From Myxococcota bacterium (GTDB taxonomy: Bacteria; Myxococcota_A; UBA9160; JAFDDA01): a stretch of 64,000 bases of DNA. The notes under the pieces were generated by a model. That model did no database searches. It saw nothing but the letters and a program-made list of their open reading frames with translations, and was not told the origin of the DNA. The stretch covers positions 3,808,001 through 3,872,000 of the forward strand of contig OZ245817.1 in the NCBI GenBank assembly GCA_965228475.1, written 5' to 3'. Below, piece after piece: positions 48,144 to 56,946 of the stretch; within the stretch, counting starts at the first letter, position 1; each line of letters starts with the position of its first letter. The translations under genes were made by a program, and so were the position numbers.

Positions 48144-49382
48144 CTAGCTTCCCGTCGGCACGTCCCGGAAGGCGATCTTCTTGTCGACGCGCATCTCCGG
48201 CGGGAGGCGCAGCACGCGCTCGGCGATGATGTTCTTCAGGATCTCGTCGGTGCCGCCCGCGATGCGGAGGCCCGGCACGCCGAGGTAGGTGTTCTGCCAC
48301 AGGGCTTCCTGGAGCGACGCTTCGTCGTCGAGCAGGCCCCCGGCCGCGCCCTGGAGCTCGATCGCGAAGTCCGCGATCTCCTGGGAGAGCGGCGCGCCGA
48401 CGGCCTTGCCGATCGAGCCCTCGGGGCCGGGCGTCTGGCCCTGGGAGAGCGCCGAGAGCGTGCGCAGGCCGGTGTACTGGAGACCCTTCGAGCGGATGTA
48501 GAAGCTCGCGAGCCGCTGGCGCACCGCGCTGTCCTCGATGGCGGGTTTGCCACCCCGGCGCACCTCGCGCGCGAGGCGCAGGAGTTCCTTGAAGCGGCCG
48601 CCGCCTCCACCGGCGCCGATCGCCACGCGCTCGTTCATGAGCGTCGTGAGCGCCACGCCCCAGCCGTCGCCCTCGCCGCCGAGCTGGTTCTCGGCGGGGA
48701 CGCGGACGTCCGTGAAGAAGACCTCGTTGAAGCCCGAGCCGCCGTTGATCTGCTTGATCGGGCGCACCTCGATGCCGGGCGAGCGCATGTCCACGATGAA
48801 GTACGTCAGGCCCGCGTGCTTCGGCACGTTCGGGTCCGTGCGCACGACGATCATGCCCCAGTCACAGAAGTGGGCGCCGGTGCTCCAGATCTTCTGGCCG
48901 TTCAGGACCCACTCGTTGCCGTCGCGCACCGCGGTGCTGCGCAGCCCGGCAAGGTCCGAGCCCGCGGCCGGCTCGCTGAAGAGCTGGCACCAGATCTCCT
49001 GGCCGCGCGCCATGTCCGGGATGTACTTCTTCTTCTGCTCGTCGGTGCCGTGGGTCATGATCGTCGGCCCGAGCATGCCGTGGCCGATCGTGTAGATCGG
49101 GACCGGCGTCTTGAACTTCGCCTCTTCCTGGTTGTAGACGACGTTCTCCATGCGGCCGAGGCCCTGCCCGCCGTACTCCTTGGGCCAGGTCAGGACGGCC
49201 CATCCGGCGTCGTACTTCTTCGCCTGCCAGGCCTTCGCGGCCGCGATGTCCTCGTCGGTCTCGCGCTCGCCGAGGGCACCCGCGTTGATCGCGTCGGGAT
49301 CGATCGGTTCGGCGTTGTCCGAGAGCCAGGCGTTGGCCTTCTTGCGGAATGCGGCTTCTTCGGGCGTATCGTTGAAGTCCAT
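48144..49382 (-). CDS. acyl-CoA dehydrogenase (large subunit of heteromeric pair)
   Basis: WCQLFSEP.AGSDLA, NGQKIWST, FNEVFF.DV, LMNER, IAGGTDEI. Confidence 0.93.
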   Translation of the reverse strand: MDFNDTPEEAAFRKKANAWLSDNAEPIDPDAINAGALGERETDEDIAAAKAWQAKKYDAGWAVLTWPKEYGGQGLGRMENVVYNQEEAKFKTPVPIYTIGHGMLGPTIMTHGTDEQKKKYIPDMARGQEIWCQLFSEPAAGSDLAGLRSTAVRDGNEWVLNGQKIWSTGAHFCDWGMIVVRTDPNVPKHAGLTYFIVDMRSPGIEVRPIKQINGGSGFNEVFFTDVRVPAENQLGGEGDGWGVALTTLMNERVAIGAGGGGGRFKELLRLAREVRRGGKPAIEDSAVRQRLASFYIRSKGLQYTGLRTLSALSQGQTPGPEGSIGKAVGAPLSQEIADFAIELQGAAGGLLDDEASLQEALWQNTYLGVPGLRIAGGTDEILKNIIAERVLRLPPEMRVDKKIAFRDVPTGS

Positions 49383-49442
49383 GGCGGGTGTCCTCGCTTG
49401 CTGGATGCGTTCTTGGGGGTGGGCGAGTGGTTCGGGTGGCGA

Positions 49443-49523
49443 GCGGTTCCGGTGAGCTAACGGCGGTTCCGGTGAGCTAACGGCGGTTCCGGTGAGCTAA
49501 CGGCGGTTCCGGTGAGCTAACGG
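49443..49523. repeat. 20-bp tandem repeat x4 spanning an ACAD stop codon
   Basis: CGGCGGTTCCGGTGAGCTAA x4, with a degenerate copy upstream at about 49422. Confidence 0.95.
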
Positions 49524-50632
49524 GATTCGGCGCGGTCGATGCGGTCGATCAACCGCTCGTTCCAGGCCGCCGGGCTTCCGAGCGTCACCGAGAGCGATTT
49601 CGCCCGGCGATAGAAGAGGTGGCAGTCGTACTCCCAGGTGAAGCCGACGCCCCCGTGGAACTGGATCATCTCCTGGGACGCGAGGTCGAAGGCCTCGCTC
49701 GCGGCGGAGCGGCTCGCGCAGGAGGCCAGGGCGAGTTCGTCGCCGAGGTTCTCCTGCAGCGTGTAGGCCGCGTAGTAGGCGTTGCTGCGGGCGACCTCGA
49801 TCGCGCAGTAGACGTCCGCCATGCGGTGCTTCACCGCCTGGAAGGAACCGATCGGCCGCCCGAAGGCGTAGCGGCTCATGATCTGGTCCTTCGTGATCTC
49901 GAGCGCGCGGTCCGCGCCGCCGATCTGTTCGAAGGCGGTGAGCACGGCGGCCACGTCGAGCAGCGTCTCCGCCTGGGCGAAGCCCTTCGCGGCGTCGCCG
50001 AGCACCTCGGCCGGAGCGCCGTCGAACTGGAGCTTCGCCTGGCCGCGGCTCGGATCGAAGGAGTCGAGCGACGTGCGCACGACGCCCTCGGCCTCGAGAT
50101 CCGCGAGCACCAGGACGAGGCCGTTCTCGCCGCGGGCGAGCACGACGGCGAGACCGGCGATGCCGCCGTCGGCGACGGGCCACTTCTCGCCGGTGAGCTT
50201 GCCGTTCTCGAAGCGGAGCGAGACGTCGTCCGGGTGGAGATCGCCGGGCCCCTCGAAGAAGGCCCCGGTTCCGATGACGTCCCCGGCGACGAGCCGCGGC
50301 AGGTGCGCCTTCTTCTGGGCGTCGCTGCCGAACCGCACGAGCGCTTCGGTGGCGAGGTAGACGGAGGAGGAGAAGGGGATCGGCGCGAGCGCGCGGCCGA
50401 CTTCCTGGGCGAGCAGCACGAGCTCGAGGTGCCCCATGCCGGCGCCACCGTACTCCTCGGGGACCGCGGTGCCGAGCCAGCCCATCTCGGCCGCTCCCTT
50501 CCACAGATCGGGCTGGTGGGTGGCGTCGGATTCGAGGACGGCACGGCAGACCTCGAGGCCCGAGTGCTCCTCGAGGTAGTCGCGGGCGGTCTTCTGGATG
50601 AGCTTTTGATCTTCGGAGAAGTCGAAGTTCAT
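49517..50632 (-). CDS. acyl-CoA dehydrogenase (partner subunit)
   Basis: MNFDFSEDQ, PEEYGGAG, R.AFGRPIGSFQAVKH, HGGVGFTWEYDCHL. Confidence 0.93.
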   Translation of the reverse strand: MNFDFSEDQKLIQKTARDYLEEHSGLEVCRAVLESDATHQPDLWKGAAEMGWLGTAVPEEYGGAGMGHLELVLLAQEVGRALAPIPFSSSVYLATEALVRFGSDAQKKAHLPRLVAGDVIGTGAFFEGPGDLHPDDVSLRFENGKLTGEKWPVADGGIAGLAVVLARGENGLVLVLADLEAEGVVRTSLDSFDPSRGQAKLQFDGAPAEVLGDAAKGFAQAETLLDVAAVLTAFEQIGGADRALEITKDQIMSRYAFGRPIGSFQAVKHRMADVYCAIEVARSNAYYAAYTLQENLGDELALASCASRSAASEAFDLASQEMIQFHGGVGFTWEYDCHLFYRRAKSLSVTLGSPAAWNERLIDRIDRAESR

Positions 50633-50646
50633 GATGGGGCTCTCTG

Positions 50647-50678
50647 TTGATTGATGAATCAGTCGAGTCGCCATTATA
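50647..50678 (-). promoter_or_regulatory. -10 element and imperfect palindromic operator upstream of ACAD pair
   Basis: TATAAT (minus, 50673-50678) and TTGATTGAT-GA-ATCAGTCGA (50647-50666). Confidence 0.45.
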
Positions 50679-50724
50679 GACCGCGGCCCGGCTGTGCCAA
50701 GCTCGCGCGCCGGAGGTCTGCAGC

Positions 50725-51528
50725 ATGAAACTGGGCGTAACCCTGCGAAACATGGGGCCTCAGTCGGTCCCCGGGATCCTGGTTCCGTGTGCCCTGGCGG
50801 CGGAGGCGGCGGGCCTCGAGTCCCTCTGGATCACGGACCACCTGGCCATCCCGCCCGACGATGCGGAAGGCTCGGGCGGCCGCTACACCGACCCGCTCAC
50901 CACCCTCGCCTACCTCGCCGGGCGGACCGAGCGCATCGGGCTCGGCACCGGCGTCCTGATCCTCCCCTACCGCCGGCCGCTCCCGGTCGCGAAGGCCGTC
51001 GCCACCGTTCAGGAGTTCTCGGGCGGCCGGCTCCTGCTCGGCGTGGGGATCGGTTGGATGGAGCCGGAGTTCCGGGCGGTGGGGGCGCGCCGCCAGAACC
51101 GGGGCGCCGACAGCGACGCCGCCCTCGACCTGCTCGTGCGCTGCTTCGCGGGCGACGAGGTCGAAGCGAACGGGCAACCCTTCCTGTTCAAGCCGCGCCC
51201 CGTCCGGCCGCCGATCTACGTGGGCGGTGCAGGCGAACACGCCCTGCGCCGGACCGTCCGCTTCGGGGACGGCTGGCTGCCCATGGGGTCGGACCCGAAG
51301 AAGATCGCACCCGCCGCGCAGCGCCTCGAAGAACTCGCTCGCGAAGCCGGACGCCCGACGCCGGAGATCGTCGTGATGGGCGGCCTGCCCCTCGGCGACG
51401 GCGCCCGGGCCGAAGAGCTGCTCGCCGAACTCGCCTCGCTCGGGGTGACCCGCTTCATCCAGGGCCTGCGCTACGAGACGGTGGAGGAGTACGAGCGATC
51501 GATCGAAGGCGTCGCCCGGCTGCTCTAG
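50725..51528 (+). CDS. LLM-class (probably F420-dependent) oxidoreductase
   Basis: SLWITDH, DPLTTLAYLAG.T.RI.LGTGVL, GRL.LGVGIGW...EF, GDGW. Confidence 0.88.
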   Translation: MKLGVTLRNMGPQSVPGILVPCALAAEAAGLESLWITDHLAIPPDDAEGSGGRYTDPLTTLAYLAGRTERIGLGTGVLILPYRRPLPVAKAVATVQEFSGGRLLLGVGIGWMEPEFRAVGARRQNRGADSDAALDLLVRCFAGDEVEANGQPFLFKPRPVRPPIYVGGAGEHALRRTVRFGDGWLPMGSDPKKIAPAAQRLEELAREAGRPTPEIVVMGGLPLGDGARAEELLAELASLGVTRFIQGLRYETVEEYERSIEGVARLL

Positions 51529-52364
51529 CCGGGTTCATCCTTCCGCGGCGGAATGCAGAGAAGCTGGGATCCCCCGCTCGCGAGCAGCTCCCCGCTCTCG
51601 CTCCAAACCCGCCCGACCGTGCCGATCAGGCCGCCGCTCGCCGTCGGCGAGACCTGGTCGGCCAGCAGCCACGCGCACCCGGGCGCGCTGCGATGGAACC
51701 AGACCGTGCAATCGAGGCTCGGCGCCGTGAAGTCGGTCGCGGGGTGGGCCTGGACCGCGGCGGGCCAGGAGTACGTATCCACGAGCAGGGCGAGACGCCC
51801 GGCATCGACCCACGGATCCTCGAAGGTCGAGCGCGGAACGAAGCGGAGCCACTCCTGCATCTCCGGGTGCCGCGCTTCCGTCCGGGGGCCGACGCGGTCC
51901 TCGTGGATCGGGCGCACCTCGAAGTTCTGCCAGAACGGGAAGCTCGTTCCCTCGAGGCCTTTCCGGCGCGCGATCTCCTCGCGGGTCGCGAGCTCTGCGG
52001 GCGGAGGCACCGCCGGCATCCCGGCCGCTTCGTGGGCCAGGCCCGGACCCTCTGCCGCGGTCCGCACCATGGCTTCGATGACGGGCCGGCCTTCCTGGGT
52101 CATCGCGACGCGCAGGGCCTCGGCCCGGCGACCCATGCGGATCGGGGTCACCGTGACGTCGACCTTCCCGAACCGGGCGACCGAGAGGAAGTGGACGTAG
52201 AGGGAAACGGGCCGCGCGATCTTCGCCTCCCGGCCGACGGCACGCAGGGCGATGGCCGCGAGGTAGCCGCCGTTCGGCCCCCAGATCTCCCAATCACGGG
52301 AGAGTGTCGCGGTGTATTCGCCTTCGGCGCCGCGGATCCCGGTGTCCCGTTCGAAATCGCCCAT
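51525..52364 (-). CDS. TesB-like thioesterase-family protein
   Basis: W.IWGPNGGY, GRR, LLVD..WPA, SLD.TVWFH, WSESG.LLA.G.SQL; GGAGG RBS. Confidence 0.82.
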   Translation of the reverse strand: MGDFERDTGIRGAEGEYTATLSRDWEIWGPNGGYLAAIALRAVGREAKIARPVSLYVHFLSVARFGKVDVTVTPIRMGRRAEALRVAMTQEGRPVIEAMVRTAAEGPGLAHEAAGMPAVPPPAELATREEIARRKGLEGTSFPFWQNFEVRPIHEDRVGPRTEARHPEMQEWLRFVPRSTFEDPWVDAGRLALLVDTYSWPAAVQAHPATDFTAPSLDCTVWFHRSAPGCAWLLADQVSPTASGGLIGTVGRVWSESGELLASGGSQLLCIPPRKDEPG

Positions 52365-52466
52365 GCCACCTCCGCGCGCCGTCCGCGCCCGCGACGGTAG
52401 CAGCGGGCCCTGGCGATCGCGGGCCGCTTCGATCGCAGGCCGCTTCGATCGAGATAGACTCCGAGC

Positions 52467-53942
52467 GTGCGCCCCACCCTGCTCGGCCTGCTCGCCTCGC
52501 TCCTCGCGGCCCCCGCCGCACCCGGCTCCGCCGACGAGCTCTTCGACGTGCGCGAGCTCCCGGTGCGCGGCCGCATCGTGGCGACCGAGCTCGTGGAGCT
52601 CGACGGCGACGGACGGACGGACCTCGTCACCATGAACTTCCGCGGCCTGCCGCCGGACGAGCGGCGCGAGATCCACGTCCGCTTCGGTCGCGACGCCGGC
52701 TTCAGCCTGGCCGCGGACGAAGTCCTGCCGCTGCCGCCCGACGCCGCGGCCTACGACGTCGCCACGCTCGAGGAGGGCGCTCCGGCCGAGCTCCTGCTGC
52801 TCCGGGGAACGCGCGTGACCCGCCTCTCGCTGCGCGGCCGCAAGCCAGGCTGGCGGGACCTGCCCCTCGGCGGGCCGAGCCTCGCCGTCGTCCCCGACGA
52901 ACGCGGCCTCGACCGCCTCCGCCTCGTGCGCGAAGGCCTCGGACCCGGACCGATGCTCACGGTGCCCGGGCTCGGCGAGATCATCCTGCTCTCTCCCTCG
53001 GGCACCGTCGTCGCGCGGCTCGACGCCGGCGGCCGGGCGAACTACTTCGTGCCGCCGCGGCCGGGGCCCCTGATCAGCGAGAGCGAGCTCGAGGTCTACT
53101 TCGACCAGCCGCGCACCTCCGTCGGCGACGTCGACGGCGACGGGCTCGCGGACCTCGTCGCGACGACGCGCCACGCGCTGCGCGTCTTCCGCCAGGCGGA
53201 GGGTGGGCGGTTCCCGAAACGCCCGGACCGCACGATCCCCCTGCGCCGCATCTCCGATGCGGACCACATCCGCGGCTCGGGTTCCGTACGCGTCGAGGTG
53301 GCGGACCTGAACGGCGATCGGCGCGCAGACCTCCTCCTGAGCCACGCCAGCGAAGGCCTGCTCGATGCGCGCTCGGAGACCACGCTCCACTACAACCGCG
53401 AGGGCGAATGGAACCTCGTCCGGCCGGACCGGCGCTTCGTCACCGAGGGCGGCTTCTCGACGGAGTCGCTGGCCGACCTCGACCGCGACGGCCTGCCGGA
53501 GCTGATCTCGATCCGCATCCCGCTCGGCGTGTTCGAACTCGCGGAGATCCTGCTCACCCGCTCCGTCGACGCGAACGTCGCGATCCGCACGGCCACCCTC
53601 GAGGGCGGCTTCGCGGAGAAGCCGATCTACCGGCGCAAGTACTCCGTCCCCTTCAGCTTCGAGACCTTCCGCCCGCGCGGCTTCCTCGGCTACTTCGATG
53701 CGGACTGGAACGGCGACGGGCGCAACGATCTGCTGCTCTCGGGCGGCGGCGAGGCCGTCGAGCTCCACCTCGGGCGCGCCGAGGGTGGGTTCGAGGCCTC
53801 GGGCCCGCGTCAGAAGATGAACACGGGAGGCCGCATCCGGACGGGCGACATCGACGGCGACGGGCGCCCGGACTTCGTCCTGTTCGACCCGCGCCGACCG
53901 AACGCACCGCTGCGCATCGCACGCAACGCCGGGCGGCTCTAG
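52467..53942 (+). CDS. secreted FG-GAP/VCBS-repeat protein
   Basis: Signal peptide; repeated DxDGDGxxDL motifs. Confidence 0.85.
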   Translation: MRPTLLGLLASLLAAPAAPGSADELFDVRELPVRGRIVATELVELDGDGRTDLVTMNFRGLPPDERREIHVRFGRDAGFSLAADEVLPLPPDAAAYDVATLEEGAPAELLLLRGTRVTRLSLRGRKPGWRDLPLGGPSLAVVPDERGLDRLRLVREGLGPGPMLTVPGLGEIILLSPSGTVVARLDAGGRANYFVPPRPGPLISESELEVYFDQPRTSVGDVDGDGLADLVATTRHALRVFRQAEGGRFPKRPDRTIPLRRISDADHIRGSGSVRVEVADLNGDRRADLLLSHASEGLLDARSETTLHYNREGEWNLVRPDRRFVTEGGFSTESLADLDRDGLPELISIRIPLGVFELAEILLTRSVDANVAIRTATLEGGFAEKPIYRRKYSVPFSFETFRPRGFLGYFDADWNGDGRNDLLLSGGGEAVELHLGRAEGGFEASGPRQKMNTGGRIRTGDIDGDGRPDFVLFDPRRPNAPLRIARNAGRL

Positions 53943-54000
53943 CCGGGGGTCACGGCGACGCTAGGGCGTCCACGGCGACGCTAGGGCGTCACCGCGACGC
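53939..54000. repeat. degenerate 20-22-bp tandem repeat x3 of the ADH 3' end
   Basis: CTAGCCGGGGGTCACGGCGACG / CTAGGGCGTCCACGGCGACG / CTAGGGCGTCACCGCGACGC. Confidence 0.8.
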
Positions 54001-55030
54001 GCCCGACGATGCGGCCCTCGCGCAGGTCCTCGAGGGTGGCCGTGGTCTCGTCCATCGAGCGCGTCTCCACCGGGATCGGCGGAATGCGCCCGTCGCGCGC
54101 GAGCGCCATCAGCTCGCCCATCTCGGCGAGGCTCCCGACGTAGCTCCCCTGCACGGTGACGGCCTTGATCGGAAAGAACGGAAGCGGCACGGCGAAGGAG
54201 CCGCCGAACAGGCCGACGATCACGAGCTTGCCGCCGCGGGCCAGCGTGTTCCAACCGAAGCCGGAGGAGGATTCCGCACCGACGAAGTCCACCGCGGCGG
54301 CGGCGCCGCCGCCCGTCCCGGCCATGACCTCCTTCACCGCACCCGGGTCGCTGCTCTTCACCACATGGTCGGCCCCGGCCTGCTTCGCCGCGTCGAGCTT
54401 CGCTTCGTCGATGTCGGCGACCCAGATCTCCGTGTCGAGGGTCTCGCGCGCGAGGGCGAGGCCGGCCATGCCGACGCCGCCCGCGCCGATGATCAGCAGC
54501 TGGCGCCCGGTGACGAGCGATCGGGTCTTCGCGAGCGCGGAGTACGCCGTGATGCCCGAGCAGGCGTAGGTGCCCGCGAGCGCCGCCGGGACGTCGCCGT
54601 ACTCGAAGAGGTAGCGGCCGTCCGGAACGAGGACGTGGTCGGCGTAGCCGCCGGGTCGGCCGACCCCGAGCGCTCGGGAGGCCGGGCAGAGGTGTTCGTC
54701 ACCGGAGGCGCAGATCGCGCAGGCGTTGCACCCGATCCACGGGTAGACGACGCGACGGTCGCCGACGGCCGCGCCGGAGGCCACGGGCCCGACCGCGACG
54801 ACCTCGCCGACGATCTCGTGGCCGAGCGTGAAGGGCAGCGGGCGCCCGCGCGAGACGTCGAGCTTGTTCCCGCCGCCGAGGGAGAAGAAGCCCTCCCAGA
54901 GATGGAGGTCGCTGTGGCAGACGCCGCAGGATTCGATGCGGACGAGGACCTCGCCGCCCGAGGGCTCCGGGGTGGCGTCTTCGTTCCAGGCGAGGGGTTT
55001 GCCGCACTCGACGACCTGGTGACTGCGCAT
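53981..55030 (-). CDS. zinc-dependent alcohol dehydrogenase
   Basis: CGVCHSDLH, GHEIVG, C..C..C......C, ACSG.TAY, GAGGVG; GGAGGAG RBS. Confidence 0.94.
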   Translation of the reverse strand: MRSHQVVECGKPLAWNEDATPEPSGGEVLVRIESCGVCHSDLHLWEGFFSLGGGNKLDVSRGRPLPFTLGHEIVGEVVAVGPVASGAAVGDRRVVYPWIGCNACAICASGDEHLCPASRALGVGRPGGYADHVLVPDGRYLFEYGDVPAALAGTYACSGITAYSALAKTRSLVTGRQLLIIGAGGVGMAGLALARETLDTEIWVADIDEAKLDAAKQAGADHVVKSSDPGAVKEVMAGTGGGAAAAVDFVGAESSSGFGWNTLARGGKLVIVGLFGGSFAVPLPFFPIKAVTVQGSYVGSLAEMGELMALARDGRIPPIPVETRSMDETTATLEDLREGRIVGRVAVTP

Positions 55031-55101
55031 GATGTCTCCTCCGGGTGGGCCGCCATCATAGGGCCGCACGCTCCCCGACGGAATCGCGATACCTTCCGGC
55101 C

Positions 55102-56946
55102 ATGCGAAAAACGGCTCTGCAGAAAGCGACCGCACTCCTTCTCCTCACCGGGCTGGCGCTCGGCTGCCGTCCGGCCGAACTCTCCGGGCGCACGGACGAA
55201 GCGACGAAGCGGACCCTCGCCCTGGGCGAGCTCACCGGCTTCGTCCACGAGAACGGAAGCCACGCCTGGCTCGGCATCCCCTTCGCGAAGCCCCCGGTCG
55301 GCGACCTGCGCTGGCGGGCGCCGCAGCCGCCCGAACCCTGGAAGGACACGCTCGAGGCGACCGAGTTCGGCCCGTCTTGCGTCCAGTTCGCCAGCCCGGC
55401 CGGCGGGCGCGACGGCGCGGACTCCGGAGAGCCGACGGGCAGCGAGGACTGCCTGTACCTGAACGTCTTCGCGCCGGCCTTCGCGCCGGAGGAGGTTCCG
55501 AAGGCCGGTGCGCGCCTGCCCGTCATGATGTGGATCCACGGCGGCGGGAACACGATCGGCGATGCCGTGCTCTACGACGGCAGCGAGCTGGCGCGTCGCC
55601 ACGGCGTCGTCTTGATCACCGTCCACTACCGGCTCGGCGTGCTCGGCTGGTTCTCCCACGAAGCCGTGCGCGGGGACGGGACGACGGCCGACGATCGCTC
55701 CGGGAACTACGGCACGCTCGACTTCATCCGCGCGCTCGAGTGGATCGAGCGCAACGTCGCCGCCTTCGGAGGCGACCCGCGGAACGTCACGGTGTTCGGC
55801 GAATCCGCCGGCGGCTCGAACACGGCGAGCCTGCTGGTCTCCCCGCGCGCGGCCGGACTGTTCCACCGGGCGATCATCCAGAGCGGGGGGTTCCGCACCG
55901 TCTCGCGCGCCGAAGCGGAACGCTGGCACGACGCGAAGGACCCCGGACACGAGTTCAGCGCCAACGAGGTGCTCGCGCGCTGGCTCGTCGGGGCCGGGCG
56001 CGCGGCAGACGTCGCGGCCGCCCGCCAGCTCATGGCCGGGCTTTCGGCCGGGGAGATCGCGGCCTTCGCGCGAAGCCTCGCCCCCGAGGACCTCCTGGCC
56101 CCCTTCGACGCGAGCGGTCTCGGCGGCATGTACCAGACGCCGCGCCTCATCCGGGACGGACGCGTTCTGCCCCTGGCCGACCCGCTCGACGTCCTGCGCG
56201 CCGGCCTGCACAACCCGATGCCCGTGATGCTCGGGACGAACCTCCACGAGAACCGTCTCTTCAACCTATTCGTCTCGGAGCACGTCTCGCGGATCGGCGG
56301 CCTGCCCGTCCGCATCAAGGACCTCCGCGCCTACGAACTCGAGAGCGACTACCCCTCCCTCATGTGGAAGGCACTCGGCGTGGACGAACCGGCGCAGCTC
56401 CTCGCGGCGAGCCAGGCGCCGGGCGTCTTCGGCTACCGCTTCGACTGGGACGATTCGGCGAGCCTTCCGTGGGTCGATTTCGGCGAACTCCTCGGCGCGG
56501 CCCACGGGCTCGAGATCCCCTTCGTGTTCGGCCGCCTCTCCTTCTTCGGCCTCGGCTGGCCGATCTTCGACGGCGACAACGAAGCGGCCGACCGCGCGCT
56601 CTCCGACGCGATGATGTCCTACTGGACGCAGTTCGCCGCCACCGGCGACCCCGGGCGGGGACGAGCCGGAGACCTCCCGGCCTGGAGCCCGTGGGGCGCG
56701 GGCGGCGGCGCGCAATACGCCGTCCTCGACACCGACCGCGACGGTGGGATCCGGATGCTCGACGATGCCGTCGACCGGCAGGAAGTCGTCCGCCGCCTGG
56801 CCGCCGACGACCGCTTCACCTCCGACGACGAACGCTGCTCGATCTACCGGGGCATGGTGGTCTGGGGAAGCGGGATCACGCGCGAGGCCTACGCCGGCCT
56901 CCTCGGCGGCCACTGCCAAAGGAACTTCCCGATCGAAGCGAACTAG
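55102..56946 (+). CDS. type-B carboxylesterase, lipoprotein
   Basis: Lipobox LALGC, GIPFA.PPVGDLRW, SEDCLYLNV, WIHGGG, FGESAGG, AAHGLE. Confidence 0.93.
   Translation: MRKTALQKATALLLLTGLALGCRPAELSGRTDEATKRTLALGELTGFVHENGSHAWLGIPFAKPPVGDLRWRAPQPPEPWKDTLEATEFGPSCVQFASPAGGRDGADSGEPTGSEDCLYLNVFAPAFAPEEVPKAGARLPVMMWIHGGGNTIGDAVLYDGSELARRHGVVLITVHYRLGVLGWFSHEAVRGDGTTADDRSGNYGTLDFIRALEWIERNVAAFGGDPRNVTVFGESAGGSNTASLLVSPRAAGLFHRAIIQSGGFRTVSRAEAERWHDAKDPGHEFSANEVLARWLVGAGRAADVAAARQLMAGLSAGEIAAFARSLAPEDLLAPFDASGLGGMYQTPRLIRDGRVLPLADPLDVLRAGLHNPMPVMLGTNLHENRLFNLFVSEHVSRIGGLPVRIKDLRAYELESDYPSLMWKALGVDEPAQLLAASQAPGVFGYRFDWDDSASLPWVDFGELLGAAHGLEIPFVFGRLSFFGLGWPIFDGDNEAADRALSDAMMSYWTQFAATGDPGRGRAGDLPAWSPWGAGGGAQYAVLDTDRDGGIRMLDDAVDRQEVVRRLAADDRFTSDDERCSIYRGMVVWGSGITREAYAGLLGGHCQRNFPIEAN

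Noticed and set aside
49443..49523. Possible CRISPR array (also 33391-33450)
   Set aside because: Repeats are head-to-tail with no unique spacers, and no cas genes are present
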